Origin: a virus
Length of the DNA: 42,216 nt
Direction: 5' to 3' (one strand)
IMG/VR virus record: IMGVR_UViG_3300027858_000002
Part shown: one piece after another, positions 40,957 to 42,216 of the stretch
Position numbering within the stretch: position 1 is the first letter of the stretch
Layout of the letters: each line of letters begins with the position of its first letter
The notes under the pieces: generated by a model
What the model was told of the DNA's origin: nothing
The model's input: the letters and a program-made list of their open reading frames with translations, nothing else
The model's database searches: none
Program-made: the position numbers and the translations under genes

Positions 40957-42216
40957 TCACGTCATGTTCCCATTTGAATCCACAGTTCCATTGACAGCAG
41001 CGTTGTAAATCGTCATACCTATGGCCATGTTGTCACCTGCGCCTACATTCGTACATCCATTAGTGACATAAATTGCGTGTGTTGTTGTATAACCAGGTGC
41101 ATTTGTAAATACGTTACCGAGCACCATTGCACGATCAACGCCGCCAGTTAAACGAATATGGTTAGCATCTGTTCCAGCAAGAACTAATCCGTTAACTCCA
41201 ACAATGTTGTTATTTGCAATAGAAATATTTCTAGTTGATGCTTCAGATGCATATATCCCACTTTTGCCAACTCGATTAATGTTATTTCCGTTTACGTTCA
41301 TGTTAGATGAACCACCGACAATCTGTATTCCGTAACCTTCCACACTGGCGATGATATTACCGATGACCGTAATGTAATTTGAAATTGACTTGATTAAGAT
41401 CCCGTCAGAATTTACACCGTTTACATAGTTCCCGATAAGACTTATGCTGTCAGAATACGTGATGTTAATTCCGTCAAAAGTAGTATCAGGTGCAATAATC
41501 GTGTTGCCAATTACCGCAATCCCTTTATTTTTCCCGGTTGTTCCTTCTTCACCATAAATCTCAATACCACGACCACTAGTAAGACCACCTTCAATCGTGT
41601 TATTCGAGATAATGCCGCCTTCGCAAATTTCTGATTCAGAAGCAACACCACTAGAGTTTTGTGTATCTACCCCTGTAATTGCAGTGCGTACATTGATTCC
41701 TCTACCACAATTAAAAATCTTGTTATTAGTAATCGAATACTGTTGCCAGTTATAAGCACGAAACGCCCATTCTAATGTTCCTTCAACAACATTATTATCG
41801 ATGGTAATATTTTTATGTTGTTTACCGATTGTCGCACTATGTGAACCGACTGCACGACCCCAAGAACCTAGAGTTTCCGAAGCACCGAAACGACAATTTG
41901 TCACCCAAATGTCTTTACAAGGAGTATGATCGAATACTGAACCACCCCAAGGAAACGCGCTTGCATCTTTAGCAAGGTCAATTTGTACAGCTTCGGAATA
42001 ACTTCTTGCGCCGCCTTCATCGTCAAAACCAAGGAATCCACATTTGTTTACAATAGCATTTTGAATAGCGTTTAATTCAATCGCGTGACCACCCGAAATG
42101 TTATGGAATTCCGTCTCTTCGATTAAAATGTTTTTAGCATGTGCAAGTACGAAACTCGAGCCACCTGTATACGCTGGGAAGTTTGCGTCCCACACGCCAC
42201 TTTTTATAGTTATATT
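40957..42216 (-). CDS. Tail spike / receptor-binding protein with a pectate-lyase-like beta-helix, C-terminal part of the junction-spanning ORF (see 1..666)
   Basis: The reading frame is open to the window end. Repeated beta-helix rungs are visible: ISNNTIEGG, VIGNTIIAPD, LIGNYVNGVNSDG, VIGNIIASVEGYG, VNGNNINRVG, IANNNIVGVNG. Confidence 0.92.
   Translation of the reverse strand, partial: NITIKSGVWDANFPAYTGGSSFVLAHAKNILIEETEFHNISGGHAIELNAIQNAIVNKCGFLGFDDEGGARSYSEAVQIDLAKDASAFPWGGSVFDHTPCKDIWVTNCRFGASETLGSWGRAVGSHSATIGKQHKNITIDNNVVEGTLEWAFRAYNWQQYSITNNKIFNCGRGINVRTAITGVDTQNSSGVASESEICEGGIISNNTIEGGLTSGRGIEIYGEEGTTGKNKGIAVIGNTIIAPDTTFDGINITYSDSISLIGNYVNGVNSDGILIKSISNYITVIGNIIASVEGYGIQIVGGSSNMNVNGNNINRVGKSGIYASEASTRNISIANNNIVGVNGLVLAGTDANHIRLTGGVDRAMVLGNVFTNAPGYTTTHAIYVTNGCTNVGAGDNMAIGMTIYNAAVNGTVDSNGNMT
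42118..42216. repeat. Terminal direct repeat, copy 2 (identical to 1..99)
   Basis: Direct comparison of both window ends. Confidence 0.95.

Noticed and set aside
308-40977. About 45 plus-strand ORFs of 60-171 codons in the track, for example 308..535, 741..1046, 1655..2107, 9689..9928, 18235..18651, 18974..19489 and 39985..40293
   Set aside because: All lie antisense inside long, well-supported minus-strand genes. They lack SD sequences, and many begin at alternative start codons. Their composition is low-complexity and Ser/Leu/Phe-rich, typical of shadow frames. Only 26544..26948 on the plus strand has an SD, an HTH domain, a promoter and a terminator.
1-42216. Search for CRISPR arrays, rRNA, transposases/IS elements, integrase/recombinase, partition ATPases and toxin genes
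   Set aside because: I saw no spaced direct-repeat array and no rRNA-like conserved blocks. No ORF carries R-H-R-Y, serine-recombinase, DDE or ParA-type Walker motifs. The absence of an integrase is itself reported as part of the FtsK-cassette finding.

Overview
The window is a complete, circularly closed phage genome. Bases 1-99 are identical to 42118-42216, so the unique length is 42,117 bp. It looks like a temperate, probably cos-packaging siphovirus of a low-GC Firmicute. Protein families point to a Bacillus-type host: XhlA-like/holin/amidase lysis cassette, ArpU-type late regulator, YopX, DUF1351. Every convincing gene except the CI-like repressor (26544..26948, +) lies on the minus strand. 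In transcription order (descending coordinates): Cro-like gene and a train of tiny early ORFs (26.4->24.0 kb); a replication operon with MBL-fold hydrolase, DUF1351, family-B DNA polymerase and primase-polymerase/SF3 helicase (23.8->17.7 kb); an iteron-rich putative origin (17.3-17.6 kb); an RHH/84-aa/SPPY methyltransferase operon; small middle genes with a dimeric-type dUTPase; an ArpU-like regulator; a Zn-ribbon/DUF559-like nuclease. The late operon follows: HNH, putative cos gap, TerS, TerL, portal, ClpP-like protease, HK97-type capsid, connectors, major tail, frameshifted chaperone pair, tape measure and Dit. It runs across the circle junction into a beta-helix tail spike, a 1083-aa BppU-like fibre, a Tal-like protein with HxH repeats, and the lysis cassette (35.3->33.6 kb). 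The accessory arm between lysis and the repressor (33.6->27.0 kb) has no integrase. It carries a terminator-bounded moron (85-aa protein plus HNH-like protein), an FtsK/SpoIIIE-like ATPase + replication-relaxation-like + membrane-protein cassette, a perfect 16-bp inverted repeat, a YopX gene, an RHH-tailed protein embedded in TGTGAA iterons, a convergent promoter/terminator-defined small RNA candidate, and a roughly 0.55-kb GC-enriched ORF-free island. No tRNA, rRNA, CRISPR array, transposase or reverse transcriptase was seen. All family assignments come from motifs read by eye and recalled family signatures; no database search was run.
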